Shown: piece by piece, positions 44,348 to 53,945 of the stretch
Position numbering within the stretch: position 1 is the stretch's first letter
How the letters are laid out: the number at the start of each line of letters is the position of its first letter
From: a virus
Lineage: Duplodnaviria; Caudoviricetes
Direction: 5' to 3' (one strand)
Length of the DNA stretch: 57,374 nt
Virus record (IMG/VR): IMGVR_UViG_3300006805_000034
Location: 1-57,374 of that record
The notes under the pieces: generated by a model
Told to the model about the DNA's origin: nothing
Database searches by the model: none
Seen by the model: the letters and a program-made list of their open reading frames with translations, nothing else
Position numbers and translations under genes: made by a program

Positions 44348-47071
44348 ATGAATCCGTCCCGCACTTTTTCGGTTCCTGCATTTCAGCCGATCGACTCGCT
44401 GGCGGAGACTACGCAGCTGGGGGCGAAGCTTTTGACGGCGCGCAATTTGATTTTGCGGCCGCAGGGAGGATTCAAGGGCGGGCCGACGTATGGGCGGCTG
44501 TGGGCCATTGGCAACTCGCTGACGATCTATGCCACGATTGTGGCGCTGGGGCTGAATGACGGTCACAAAACTGTGGCGCTGCGGGTGGCGCGGCAGGGGA
44601 AGAATTTTCTGCTGTTTTACAATCTGCCGGCGCGGCAGTGCCGGGGCTTTTTTTACCTGGGAGACGACGGCACGTACACCAGTGGCAGCTACGACTTCAC
44701 GGCGGGGACTCCCACGTGGGAGATTTTGGGGACCGGCTATGACAACACGGCGAGCTGGTACGGCACGCGGTTTTTCACGGCCATCTACCTTGGCAACGGG
44801 GTGGATGATAACCACATCGCGCAACTGAGCCGGACGGGCACGGTGGGCAAATGGCGCAAGGCGGGCAGCAACGTGGCACCCACGGCCCCAGTGATCAGTC
44901 TGACGACGCCGGCGACGACCAGCAACACGCAGGCCTACTGGAACGTTACGGGCCGGGCAGGCGGTGTGGTGCTGACCTTCACGGCCCGCGCGGCGCTGTT
45001 TCCGGGTCTGAGCGGGAACAACAAGATCAAAGTCAAGATCCAGCAGAGCGGCGCGGGACAGGCGCTGCTGAGCAGTCTGAGCGGGCAGGGGACCACGGCC
45101 GACCCGTATTTCTACACGCTCACAGCGGGCACGGCGGCCCTGACCAACAGCAACAGCGCCATCACCAGCTTTGTGAATGCCGACAGCAAGGCGATCACCC
45201 TGCTGCAGGCGAGCACGGCCACGCCGGACAGCACGGTGGACCTGGGCAGCTACGGGCCCACGAATCTGGCCAACGGCGCGGGCAGCGGGATCAGCAGCGG
45301 GTTCACGAACCGCACGGTGACCTTTTACGCCCGTTACTGGGACCCCGGCACCGACCTGCTGGGCTACGAGGGCATATCAAGTGCGCTGAGCAATGAGCTG
45401 GCCATCACCGCCGGGAGCTACAACGACGTGCGGGTGCTGGTGCCTGTGGACAGCACGGCGGAGGGCGGACGCTTCCCCTTTATCCGGCTGTACATGCAGT
45501 ACGGCGAGGTGCCGGAAGAAACGTATTTGCTGGTGGACCCGGACAATCCCGTACCCAACGGACTGGTGGGCACCTTCACGCGCTACGCCTCCACAAGCGA
45601 GATCGTGCTGGCGAGCAGCGAGTGGGCGGCAGGCGACAAGCTGAGACTGACGACCACGGGCGGGCTGCCCAGCGGGCTACTGACCGGCACCGACTACTAC
45701 TTGCAGACCGGCACGGCTACCGGGCGCTGGTATTTGGCGCTGACCTCTGACGGCACGCCGGTGACGATTTCCAGCAATGGCACCGGCACGCAGACCGCCA
45801 CGCTGACGGCGAAGACGGTGCAAATCGGCACGAACACACCGATCCGCACGGCGGCCGATGGCGGCGAGATGTTTGAGGACCAGTATCGACCCCTACCGCA
45901 CCAGCACCACGCCATGGCCAGCGCGCAGGTGTATCGCGGAGCCGTGACGCAGTATCCGCAGCGGTTGTACCCCAGCAAGCCGGCGACGTTTGACGAGCTG
46001 GCCCCCGAAGGCGTGAGCCTGGCCGAGCTCAGCGTCATCGACCTGCAGACCACCACGGGAAGCCCTGGAAGCACGGACATCACGGCGCTGATCAGCACGC
46101 AGAGCCGCCTGGACATTCACACGCGGGGAGGGCTGATCATTTTGGACACGACCAATCCGACCGATCCGATTTCCCAGTATTCACCCCAGAGCGGCGCGGG
46201 CTGCGTGAACGGCACAAGCTTTGCGCTGCTGGAAGGGAAGTCGCTGTACTACCTCGGGGCCGACCTGCAACTGCGCAGCATGAGTGCGCAGCGCATCGGC
46301 AACGACTTTGCCACCATGCTGGCGCAGACCGACTTTGTGGCGCGTGCCGCCAACTCCTACCTGAGGGCTAGGGTTGACATTGACGCGCTGGCGCGCACGC
46401 CGCAGCGAGGGTGCCTGTTTGTCGATCGGCAGAGCCAGCACCTGTGGTTTACCTTGCCCGTGCTGGATGGCAGCCTGAACATGTTTGGCTTTGATCTGGC
46501 CAACAACGGCATTGTGGGGCCGTTTGACTACCCGCGCATCTACGCCCAGGCCCCGATGGAGAGCGAGCGGGCGGAGATGGTGTTTGCCGACGAGAGCGGC
46601 AATCTGTTTGTATGGGACACGGCCACCCAGAACGATGCTGGCGACGTCTTTGACGCCAGCAGCGCGTTCACGCCGCACAGTCCGAGTGATCCGGTGCCGG
46701 TGCAGTATGCGGGCTACGGCTACGTGGATCTGGGCGGCGTGCGTTACTACCAGGCGAATACGACGGTGCTGGAGACGGGCTACATCGATCTGGCGGGGGC
46801 AGACACGCGCAAGGCGCTGATTGCGTTGCTGTGGCGGACGGTGAAGAACAGTCGGGCCATTCTGATTGTGACGGTGACGACGCTGAACCAGGAGACGGAG
46901 ACGCTGAGCTTCAGCCAGGACGAATTTTATCCCGAGGTGGAGCACCGTTTGAACTGCCTGCTGGGGAATACGACGAGCTTCAAGCTGGCGTTCAACGTGC
47001 TGGGAGCGGAGCAGAAACCGTGGATTGTGCGGGATATTTCGGCGCTGTGGAAGGGGCAGGGGAAGGTGTGA
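44348..47071 (+). CDS. Tail nozzle/stabilisation-like protein
   Basis: 907 aa beta-rich; ARNLIL..GGFK N-terminus; LETGYID C-terminal motif; LPSGLLTGTDYY insert. Confidence 0.6.
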   Translation: MNPSRTFSVPAFQPIDSLAETTQLGAKLLTARNLILRPQGGFKGGPTYGRLWAIGNSLTIYATIVALGLNDGHKTVALRVARQGKNFLLFYNLPARQCRGFFYLGDDGTYTSGSYDFTAGTPTWEILGTGYDNTASWYGTRFFTAIYLGNGVDDNHIAQLSRTGTVGKWRKAGSNVAPTAPVISLTTPATTSNTQAYWNVTGRAGGVVLTFTARAALFPGLSGNNKIKVKIQQSGAGQALLSSLSGQGTTADPYFYTLTAGTAALTNSNSAITSFVNADSKAITLLQASTATPDSTVDLGSYGPTNLANGAGSGISSGFTNRTVTFYARYWDPGTDLLGYEGISSALSNELAITAGSYNDVRVLVPVDSTAEGGRFPFIRLYMQYGEVPEETYLLVDPDNPVPNGLVGTFTRYASTSEIVLASSEWAAGDKLRLTTTGGLPSGLLTGTDYYLQTGTATGRWYLALTSDGTPVTISSNGTGTQTATLTAKTVQIGTNTPIRTAADGGEMFEDQYRPLPHQHHAMASAQVYRGAVTQYPQRLYPSKPATFDELAPEGVSLAELSVIDLQTTTGSPGSTDITALISTQSRLDIHTRGGLIILDTTNPTDPISQYSPQSGAGCVNGTSFALLEGKSLYYLGADLQLRSMSAQRIGNDFATMLAQTDFVARAANSYLRARVDIDALARTPQRGCLFVDRQSQHLWFTLPVLDGSLNMFGFDLANNGIVGPFDYPRIYAQAPMESERAEMVFADESGNLFVWDTATQNDAGDVFDASSAFTPHSPSDPVPVQYAGYGYVDLGGVRYYQANTTVLETGYIDLAGADTRKALIALLWRTVKNSRAILIVTVTTLNQETETLSFSQDEFYPEVEHRLNCLLGNTTSFKLAFNVLGAEQKPWIVRDISALWKGQGKV

Positions 47072-47195
47072 GGAATGGATGGCCTCAAAAAGGCGCAAGA
47101 ACCGGAGAAAAAACCGGAGCCGGATTTTTTGACAGGATTGACAAGATTCCAGAATTTCAGGATTCCAGAAGTGTGTCTGGGATGAATAATGGGCG

Positions 47196-47217
47196 TTGAC
47201 ACGAAAGGGTTTTCGTG
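47196..47217 (+). promoter_or_regulatory. TTGACA -35 with CACGAAA-N4-TTTCGTG operator
   Basis: Perfect 7-bp inverted repeat overlapping the -35. Confidence 0.65.
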
Positions 47218-47236
47218 GAGAGTGAGGGACCCGATT

Positions 47237-48289
47237 ATGAATGATGAAACCACCCCGAAGATTGTGCCGTTTGAAACGCAGGCAGCAGCCATTGAGAATC
47301 TGAACTTGCAGGGATGCCGGAGTGGCAATGGGTTAGATCCGTGCGCGCTGGCGGTGGGATTGCTGACGACCCATGAGTGGAGTGGACCTTGGCTGACGTG
47401 CTACATGCTGCGGAGGTTTGGCTGGCCGAACATCGGCAGCGATGATTGGAAAGAACTGATGACATGGGTACTGACGACTCCGATTGATGGACTGTTTTTG
47501 ACCGTGACGCCTTACATGGGGAATGATCGTGATGAGGTAAAAACGGATCAGCAGGGGAAGATTCGAGGAACGTGTGCCTTGCATTTTGGCTACTTGCACA
47601 CCCCGGAAGTGGGCGAGGAGCGACTGAATTACTACGCCCCTGCCTGCCGCGAAACCATGGAGGCGCGGAAAGCCGTGGTGCAGCAGTGGTGGCTGGAAAC
47701 CGGGAACAAGCGGTTTTGCTGGGCTGGATGCACCGCCGAAGAAAAGGAAACATGTGTGCTGGAACACCACCCGGAAGGCAAGGTGCTGTGGGGCATTTAT
47801 GCGCGGAGTGAATCGCTTACCACCGGCATCCAGAACAAAGAGGGGACGATGACTGAGGCAGAACGCGAACTCTATTTTTCAGCCCCATTGCATCCTAATG
47901 TGCTGGGGTGGATGACGCAGCATCTGGGACTGGTGATTGACACTCTTGACCTGACGCACGACGATGATTTGTTTGTGCCGGCGAAGATCGGGCTGGATGT
48001 GGCGAACTGGCCGCAGGTGGACTGGAAGCGCGTGAACGAGGAAACGAAACAGCATGAGGCTGAATTTCTGGAGCCGTGCCGTGAGGCGCTGAGGGCGACC
48101 CTGCGCGATCTGCTGCGTCCGGTGTATGTGCGGGATGTGGGATTCAATGCGCTGGGCCGCAGTGATGAGTATGACGATGAGGACGCGCTGGCGCAGCCTT
48201 TGCCCAAAGTGGCGCAGTCTTTTGCTGGGGCGGGCTACACGCCGGAAGGCTGGTTTGAGATGCAATCCAGCCCTGAAAACAATCCTTAA
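47237..48289 (+). CDS. Hypothetical moron protein
   Basis: 350 aa with its own promoter; no motif recognised. Confidence 0.7.
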   Translation: MNDETTPKIVPFETQAAAIENLNLQGCRSGNGLDPCALAVGLLTTHEWSGPWLTCYMLRRFGWPNIGSDDWKELMTWVLTTPIDGLFLTVTPYMGNDRDEVKTDQQGKIRGTCALHFGYLHTPEVGEERLNYYAPACRETMEARKAVVQQWWLETGNKRFCWAGCTAEEKETCVLEHHPEGKVLWGIYARSESLTTGIQNKEGTMTEAERELYFSAPLHPNVLGWMTQHLGLVIDTLDLTHDDDLFVPAKIGLDVANWPQVDWKRVNEETKQHEAEFLEPCREALRATLRDLLRPVYVRDVGFNALGRSDEYDDEDALAQPLPKVAQSFAGAGYTPEGWFEMQSSPENNP

Positions 48290-48302
48290 TCTGCTGACAC
48301 CC

Positions 48303-48518
48303 ATGCCCAAACCCATTCCAACATCCAAACATCCGGCCGCTGTGGCGCTGGGCAAGCTCGGCAAAGGGCGGCGCAAGACGATGACGCCGGCGGCGGTGGA
48401 AGCCCGGCGGCAGACGGCACGAACGCGCCGGAAGGTGGCGAAGCCGTTGACTGACGAGGAGGTGCAACTGCCTGCGGGGCCGCTGGGTGCGGGGGTGACG
48501 GATGAGGATGTGGATTGA
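48303..48518 (+). CDS. Small basic KxPAAVALG-family protein, probable DNA binding
   Basis: KHPAAVALGKLGKG..MT...RRQTAR. Confidence 0.65.
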   Translation: MPKPIPTSKHPAAVALGKLGKGRRKTMTPAAVEARRQTARTRRKVAKPLTDEEVQLPAGPLGAGVTDEDVD

Positions 48519-48589
48519 ACAATCCGAGTAATCACCCCAGACAACCGAACCTGCGGGCAGGAGTGCCCGCGCTCCCTTTTAACTGATTT

Positions 48590-50308
48590 ATGGTACACCT
48601 AACCACCAACACCAAGGATCCGCTCGGCTTGCCGGCGGGTGAACGCCATCTCTTCGACACGACACAGGGAGGGCATTACATGGTGGCTGGCTATGGAGGG
48701 AATGTGACGCCGGCGGAGTTTGGGCCGTTCAATCCGTACGAGGCCATCACCAACGCCAGCGTGCTGATCATCCGCAGCGGGGGGATGGGAGACGTGCTGT
48801 TTTGCATGCCGGCGCTGGCGGCGCTGCGGAAGCGTTTTCCAGTCCTGCGCCTGACGTTTGCCTGCCTGCCGGTGTATCATGCGATGCTGACGCACCCAGA
48901 CCTGGAAGGGCTGGAGGTGATCGCGCATCCGGTGAAATCGGCCACGGCAGCTGAATTTACGCATGTGGTGCCGCTGGAGGAAGTGATCGAGTCCGACCAG
49001 GAGCACGATGCGGTGACGATCTTTGCCCGGGCGCTGGGGCTGACTCTCAGCAAGGACGAATGGATGCCGCGGCTGCGGGTGCCGAGTGACGCGATCCTGG
49101 CGGCGCAGGCGGAATTCCCCAAGGCGCAGGGGCAGGTGTTTTTTGGCATTCAACTGCGGGCGAGCCACCAATGCCGGACGTGGCCGGTGCAGTTCATCAT
49201 GGGGGCGGCGCAGGCGCTCTTAAATCGCCACGCGAACGCCGTGGTGTTCATGTTTGGCCTGAAGCAGGACTGGGAAGGATTTGAGAATGTGCAGCATGCG
49301 CGGGTGGTGTGGCTGCCGGAGCAGGACCTGACCCTGACCGAAACGCTGGCGGTGATGACGCTGATGGACGGATTCATCGCCCCGGACTCGGGCCTGCTGC
49401 ACTGCGCGGGCGCGCTAGGGCTGCCGGCGGTGGGATTGTTCGGGCCCTACCAGTGGCAGAAGCGGACGCCGTATTTTCCGACGGTGCACGGGCTCAACGG
49501 TCAGGCCCCCTGCGCGCCGTGCCATCACCCGGCACGCACGAGCGCCTTTCCGCCGGGCATGCCCTGTGCCAAGCACGGCGCGTGCGTGGCACTGGGAAGT
49601 CTGACGCCGGACCGGGTGGTGACGCGGCTGCTCAAGACGATGAGCGAGTGCGCGGCGGCGAATGGCAGCGTGAAACCGGCGGAGCGCCGCCACTACATGG
49701 TGCAGAGCTTGTTTGGGCCGGTGCAGGCCAAGGGGGATGTGCATCCCGACCTGCCGAGGGCGGGGGAGTATCACCTGGGGAACTTTGGGCACGGGGCGGC
49801 GACGATCGAGGAGGCGCAGATGCTGCATGCGCTGGTGCTGGCGCTCAAGCCGAAGGTGTGCGTGGAAACCGGCACGGAAACCGGCTGGACGGCGGCCTAC
49901 ATCGCTGCCGCGCTGGAAGCCAACGGGGGCGGACACCTGACCACGCTGGAGATCAACCCGCAGATGCGCGAGCTGGCGGCGGAGCACCTGACGCACTGGG
50001 ATCTGGCGCACCGGGTGACGATCAGCGGGGAGAGTAGTCTGGAGTGGCTGAAAAACTACGCGGGGCGCGCGATTGACTTTGCGCTGCTGGACACGCACAT
50101 CCCGATGCGTGCCGAGGAACTGGCGCTGCTGCTGCCGCACCTGAGCGATACCGCGCTGGTGTGCGTGCATGACACGAGCCCGGAGCACCCGATGCGCGGC
50201 GAGACGGACCTGCTGGCGCAACTGCGGGCCAGCGGAATGAGCGTGGTGCACGTGGCGACGCCGCGGGGAATGACGATCATGCAGAGGCGGAGCTCGGATT
50301 CTTTTTAA
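48590..50308 (+). CDS. GT9 glycosyltransferase fused to a class I SAM methyltransferase
   Basis: RSGGMGDVL, PDSGLLHCAGALG..GLFGP; then CVETGTETGWT and VCVHD. Confidence 0.88.
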   Translation: MVHLTTNTKDPLGLPAGERHLFDTTQGGHYMVAGYGGNVTPAEFGPFNPYEAITNASVLIIRSGGMGDVLFCMPALAALRKRFPVLRLTFACLPVYHAMLTHPDLEGLEVIAHPVKSATAAEFTHVVPLEEVIESDQEHDAVTIFARALGLTLSKDEWMPRLRVPSDAILAAQAEFPKAQGQVFFGIQLRASHQCRTWPVQFIMGAAQALLNRHANAVVFMFGLKQDWEGFENVQHARVVWLPEQDLTLTETLAVMTLMDGFIAPDSGLLHCAGALGLPAVGLFGPYQWQKRTPYFPTVHGLNGQAPCAPCHHPARTSAFPPGMPCAKHGACVALGSLTPDRVVTRLLKTMSECAAANGSVKPAERRHYMVQSLFGPVQAKGDVHPDLPRAGEYHLGNFGHGAATIEEAQMLHALVLALKPKVCVETGTETGWTAAYIAAALEANGGGHLTTLEINPQMRELAAEHLTHWDLAHRVTISGESSLEWLKNYAGRAIDFALLDTHIPMRAEELALLLPHLSDTALVCVHDTSPEHPMRGETDLLAQLRASGMSVVHVATPRGMTIMQRRSSDSF

Positions 50309-50344
50309 CCACGGAATACACGGAATACACGGAAACCGGAGAAT

Positions 50345-50935
50345 ATGGAACTGATCAAAACACGGCAGGAACTGGCGCTGAATCTTTTCAAAGGCACGGG
50401 CGTGGAGCTCGGGGTGGCCCGGGGAGAGTTTTCGGAGGAGATTTTGAGGCAGCAAAGGCTGATCATTCCGTTGGGCTTGGAAAAAGTTTCTGAGGGTCTT
50501 TTTCGATGGGAAGGCACCGGACCTGTGATGTTGCCCACCGCTTTGGATTGCGTCCAGAAACTGTATTCCATTGACCGCTGGACGGAAAAACACCATTCCA
50601 TTTACGAGTATCAATTGGCGCTGCTGCGGTTGCAGAAGTTTGGAGCGAGATCGCTGGTGCTGCGTGCGACGTTTGAAGAAGCGCTGGTGCTGTTTGAGGA
50701 TGGCGGCCTGGACTTTGTGTACGTGGATGGCTACGCGCACACGGGGCAGGAAGGCGGGAAGACGCTGGAGGACTGGTGGCCGAAGATCAAGCCGGGCGGG
50801 GTGCTGGCCGGGCATGACTATGATGCGCTGTTTCAGCCGACGATCGATGCCGTGGACGCCTTTGTGGCGCGGCACGGGCTGGAGCTGCACCTGACCGAGG
50901 AGGAGAATCTGCGGAGTTGGTGGGTGGTGAAGTGA
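50345..50935 (+). CDS. Class I SAM methyltransferase (Methyltransf_24-like)
   Basis: GVELGVARG, DFVYVDGYAH, KPGGVLAGHDY. Confidence 0.88.
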   Translation: MELIKTRQELALNLFKGTGVELGVARGEFSEEILRQQRLIIPLGLEKVSEGLFRWEGTGPVMLPTALDCVQKLYSIDRWTEKHHSIYEYQLALLRLQKFGARSLVLRATFEEALVLFEDGGLDFVYVDGYAHTGQEGGKTLEDWWPKIKPGGVLAGHDYDALFQPTIDAVDAFVARHGLELHLTEEENLRSWWVVK

Positions 50936-51008
50936 GGTTTGATTTTTGGCAAAGGAATGAAGGAGTAAAGGAATGACTGAAACACTGAACTGAAGAATCC
51001 CGACAACT

Positions 51009-51647
51009 ATGACCTTCCCCGAACTCAACAACCTGCATGCCGGACGTCCGGCGGTGATCGTTGGCAAAGGGCCGAGTCTGGATGCGTGGCTGGCTGCGGG
51101 ATGTCCGCAGCCGGAGGGGGCGGTGAGGATTGGCGTGAACCAGGTGGCGGTGGTGGTGCCGGAGGTGGTGTACTCGGTGTCGGGCGATGCGCAGATGGAC
51201 AGTCCGGAGCATCTGGCGCTGCCGACGCAGTGGCTGCGGGCGGTGCCGTATGAGACGCGCGAGGGGAGGCTGACCTATGGCCAGCGTTTGCCAGACAAGG
51301 TGATCCGTTTTCACTGCTATCCGGCGGTGCCGGAGTTTGCCACGGCCTGCCTGAACAGCTCACGGGACGAGGTGGCGGCCCTGACCTGGCTGCATGGAGC
51401 GATGAGCAGCGCGGACCCGGCGGTGCATCTGGCGTGGTACCTGGGCTGCACGGAGGTGCTGCTGGTGGGGATCGACGGTGGGAGCGTGCGGGCGCAAGTG
51501 ATGGAAGAGCAGGGGGACCGATCCGGGCCGCCGAGCTATGACAAGCTGCGGCAGTGCGTGAGAGAAGGGGCCCAGCGGTTGTTTCCGTTTCGGTGGAGGC
51601 ACTGGGAGCCGGGGGTGGCTACGGTCCCGGAATTTGGACAGGATTGA
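51009..51647 (+). CDS. Maf/MptE-like or sialyltransferase-like Rossmann protein
   Basis: AVIVGKGPSL, IGVN, AVHLAWYLGCTEVLLVGID. Confidence 0.7.
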   Translation: MTFPELNNLHAGRPAVIVGKGPSLDAWLAAGCPQPEGAVRIGVNQVAVVVPEVVYSVSGDAQMDSPEHLALPTQWLRAVPYETREGRLTYGQRLPDKVIRFHCYPAVPEFATACLNSSRDEVAALTWLHGAMSSADPAVHLAWYLGCTEVLLVGIDGGSVRAQVMEEQGDRSGPPSYDKLRQCVREGAQRLFPFRWRHWEPGVATVPEFGQD

Positions 51648-51698
51648 CAGGATTACAGCATTTAAGAAACTGAGAGTGCCGTTTTGAGCCCGGACTGG

Positions 51699-52079
51699 CT
51701 ATGCCTGAACTTTGAGAGCCTTGAACTCGCGCAGGATCTGCTGGAGTTCATCGAGTTCGAAGCCTTTTTTGCTGGTAAAGTGCAGTCTTGTCACGCCATC
51801 CGGATGGGTGAAGATGCGCCAGCGGCGGGAGGCGGGCAGAATGAGCTCGACACGGGCCTTGGGGCCTTTGGGACGAGGGGAACGACCTGCGGCACGATTG
51901 CGGGCAAGCTGCTTGGCGCGGCGTGGAACCAGTTTTTTCTGATACTTTTCAAACTGTTGCTGCAGGTGCTCGGCGCGGTGCTTGGCTTCGTAGCGGCGCT
52001 CGGCCTCTATCTGTTTCTCGGTGCGTTTGCGGGCGGGCTGTTTCTTGGCGGTGGGCTTTTTCTTGGGAGTGGCGGCCAT
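51699..52079 (-). CDS. Basic hypothetical protein
   Basis: MAATPKKK start; promoter and operator at 52095-52115. Confidence 0.6.
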   Translation of the reverse strand: MAATPKKKPTAKKQPARKRTEKQIEAERRYEAKHRAEHLQQQFEKYQKKLVPRRAKQLARNRAAGRSPRPKGPKARVELILPASRRWRIFTHPDGVTRLHFTSKKGFELDELQQILREFKALKVQA

Positions 52080-52111
52080 GGGGTGACTACTGAATGACGA
52101 AAGCGATTTCG

Positions 52112-52672
52112 TCAACTCAGAGGATGAAAGGCCGGCGGTGTGAGGAACACGGGCCGGCGGTGGATGCGTGGGGATTTGCAGGGGCGTGGAGTCTTGGCTT
52201 TGGTCTTGGGCTTGAGAACTGGAAACGGCGGCAGGGTGAGAGGGGGGCAGTCGGACAGGTAGGTGCGGAGGGCGGACATGGCGGACTCGGCGCCGTGGCA
52301 GAGGATGCAGTTGTAGCCGGAGGCCAGCAGCGCGGCACGCCACCAGTCCTGCATGGGGCTGGGGCGACCGAGGGTGCGGCGCTTGAGCTCGATGTAGAGT
52401 CCGGCATGGGTGCGGCTGCGAACGGGCAGGCAAAGATCCGGCACGCCTTCCTTGAGGCCTTCCGCTTTGAGCTTGCGGGCGCGGATGGCGGCGACGGGGA
52501 GTTTTTTGCCGGAGTTGAGGGTTTTGGTTTCGGAGCCGAAGAACGCGCCGTTGGGGACGGCGTAGAGGAGATTGAGAGCGGGCCATTTGCCGGTGTTCAT
52601 GGAGGCCCAGGTGATGACGGCGCACTGCTCGGCGTGCTCGGTGGGCTCAACTGGAAGTGATTTGCGAGGCAT
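52112..52672 (-). CDS. VRR-NUC domain nuclease
   Basis: EHAEQ, AVPNG, GVPDL, LYIELK, SPMQ..W. Confidence 0.88.
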   Translation of the reverse strand: MPRKSLPVEPTEHAEQCAVITWASMNTGKWPALNLLYAVPNGAFFGSETKTLNSGKKLPVAAIRARKLKAEGLKEGVPDLCLPVRSRTHAGLYIELKRRTLGRPSPMQDWWRAALLASGYNCILCHGAESAMSALRTYLSDCPPLTLPPFPVLKPKTKAKTPRPCKSPRIHRRPVFLTPPAFHPLS

Positions 52673-52701
52673 GGGAGATGTGAGTGGCTTACCGGAACAC
52701 G

Positions 52702-53121
52702 CTAAAGCGTGAACAACGTACGGGGATCAGGCGAGAGGCAGCACGGGGGACGCGAGGAATGGGGCGAGGCGTTTGGGTGTTGCTGCCAGGGGAGGGGAAT
52801 GGTGGGAGTGTGGGGATGGATGATGTGCTGGCCGAGGGCGGCATCAAACCAGCCTTCGAAGACGATGATGCCGCGCCAGCGAAAGAGCTTGTGAGCGAGG
52901 CCGCGGTGCTGGCTGTAGTGAGGGATGAGCCAGTGACCGTGATTGCGCAGGGTTTCCGGGGTGGGCATGCCGCATTCCTGGGACTCCAACCAGGGGCGCA
53001 GGGTGGTTTCCCAGTGCGTGTCACACTGGAATGCGATCTGGGCAGCGAGGGTGGGAAGGGTGTCGAGTCCGCCGGGCTCAAAGTGGGAGAACCGGAGGCT
53101 GGTCTGGGTGGGGAAGTTCAT
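52702..53121 (-). CDS. Hypothetical protein
   Basis: 139-aa ORF in the leftward operon. Confidence 0.55.
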   Translation of the reverse strand: MNFPTQTSLRFSHFEPGGLDTLPTLAAQIAFQCDTHWETTLRPWLESQECGMPTPETLRNHGHWLIPHYSQHRGLAHKLFRWRGIIVFEGWFDAALGQHIIHPHTPTIPLPWQQHPNASPHSSRPPCCLSPDPRTLFTL

Positions 53122-53164
53122 GGAGGCTGGTAAAAGATTTTAGAAGGCAGTAATAAATCTTATT

Positions 53165-53665
53165 TTACAGAAGGACGAGGCGTCCAAGGTCTTGGCATGT
53201 GGACAGTTTTTGGTGGGCGGCAGATCCATAAGCAATGAGGCAAGAAGGTCCTCCGCTGTTGTGCCCGTTGGGTGCTGGACTGCCGTCGGGACGGTGAAAA
53301 GTAAGCCGTCCTTTAATGAAAAGAATACTTGTGGCAAAGGGCCAGACATGTTCAAAAAAAGCGCGGGTGTCTGTGCGTGCAAAGACCAAGGCAATGCCAT
53401 TGCGGTGCAACGCCATGCGGCCAAGCCACATGCCAAGGCTGCGGCCATAAGGAGGATTACACCAAGTGAACCCCTGCCAGAGATGGAGTAGTCCGTTGTC
53501 GGTTTCTGTGATCATCTTGGCAGCGGTGGGCCATGGCTGGGGATCGCAGGCGCAGGGATCAAGATCAAACGGGCCGAGACGATCAAGAATCCATTTGGGT
53601 GTGATCCATGAATCGGTTGTGATACCAGTCCGTCGGGTGTTGTTGGGAGGAGCAATTGAACTCAT
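53165..53665 (-). CDS. Phage DNA N6-adenine methyltransferase
   Basis: WITP, FDLDPCA, WCNPPY, ARTDT, KGRLTF. Confidence 0.88.
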   Translation of the reverse strand: MSSIAPPNNTRRTGITTDSWITPKWILDRLGPFDLDPCACDPQPWPTAAKMITETDNGLLHLWQGFTWCNPPYGRSLGMWLGRMALHRNGIALVFARTDTRAFFEHVWPFATSILFIKGRLTFHRPDGSPAPNGHNSGGPSCLIAYGSAAHQKLSTCQDLGRLVLL

Positions 53666-53687
53666 GGGGTGACTATTGGGAAAAAGG

Positions 53688-53945
53688 TCATGCTTTGGCC
53701 CCCTCCGCACGGGCAAAGGCTACGAGATTGCGCACGGCCTGCTGTCCGCGCTCGGTGATGGTGTAGAAGGGCTGGCGGTGGTTGCCGCTGCTGGTGCTGG
53801 TGGCGAAGCCGGCGGATTCCAGGGCGGCCATGTGGGTGAAGGTGAGACCGACAATGGCCATGCGCTGGCACTGGCCGCGCCCGCCGGGATAGCGATTGAG
53901 CTTCAAGAGGGCTTCAAGGGAGAGATCGCAGAGGTTTTCAATCAT
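53688..53945 (-). CDS. Small winged-helix-like protein
   Basis: LESAGF..YTITERGQQAV. Confidence 0.55.
   Translation of the reverse strand: MIENLCDLSLEALLKLNRYPGGRGQCQRMAIVGLTFTHMAALESAGFATSTSSGNHRQPFYTITERGQQAVRNLVAFARAEGAKA

Noticed and set aside
51699-52625. 308-aa ORF
   Set aside because: Upper part is an off-frame overlap of the VRR-NUC gene; the likely start is 52079, with its own promoter.
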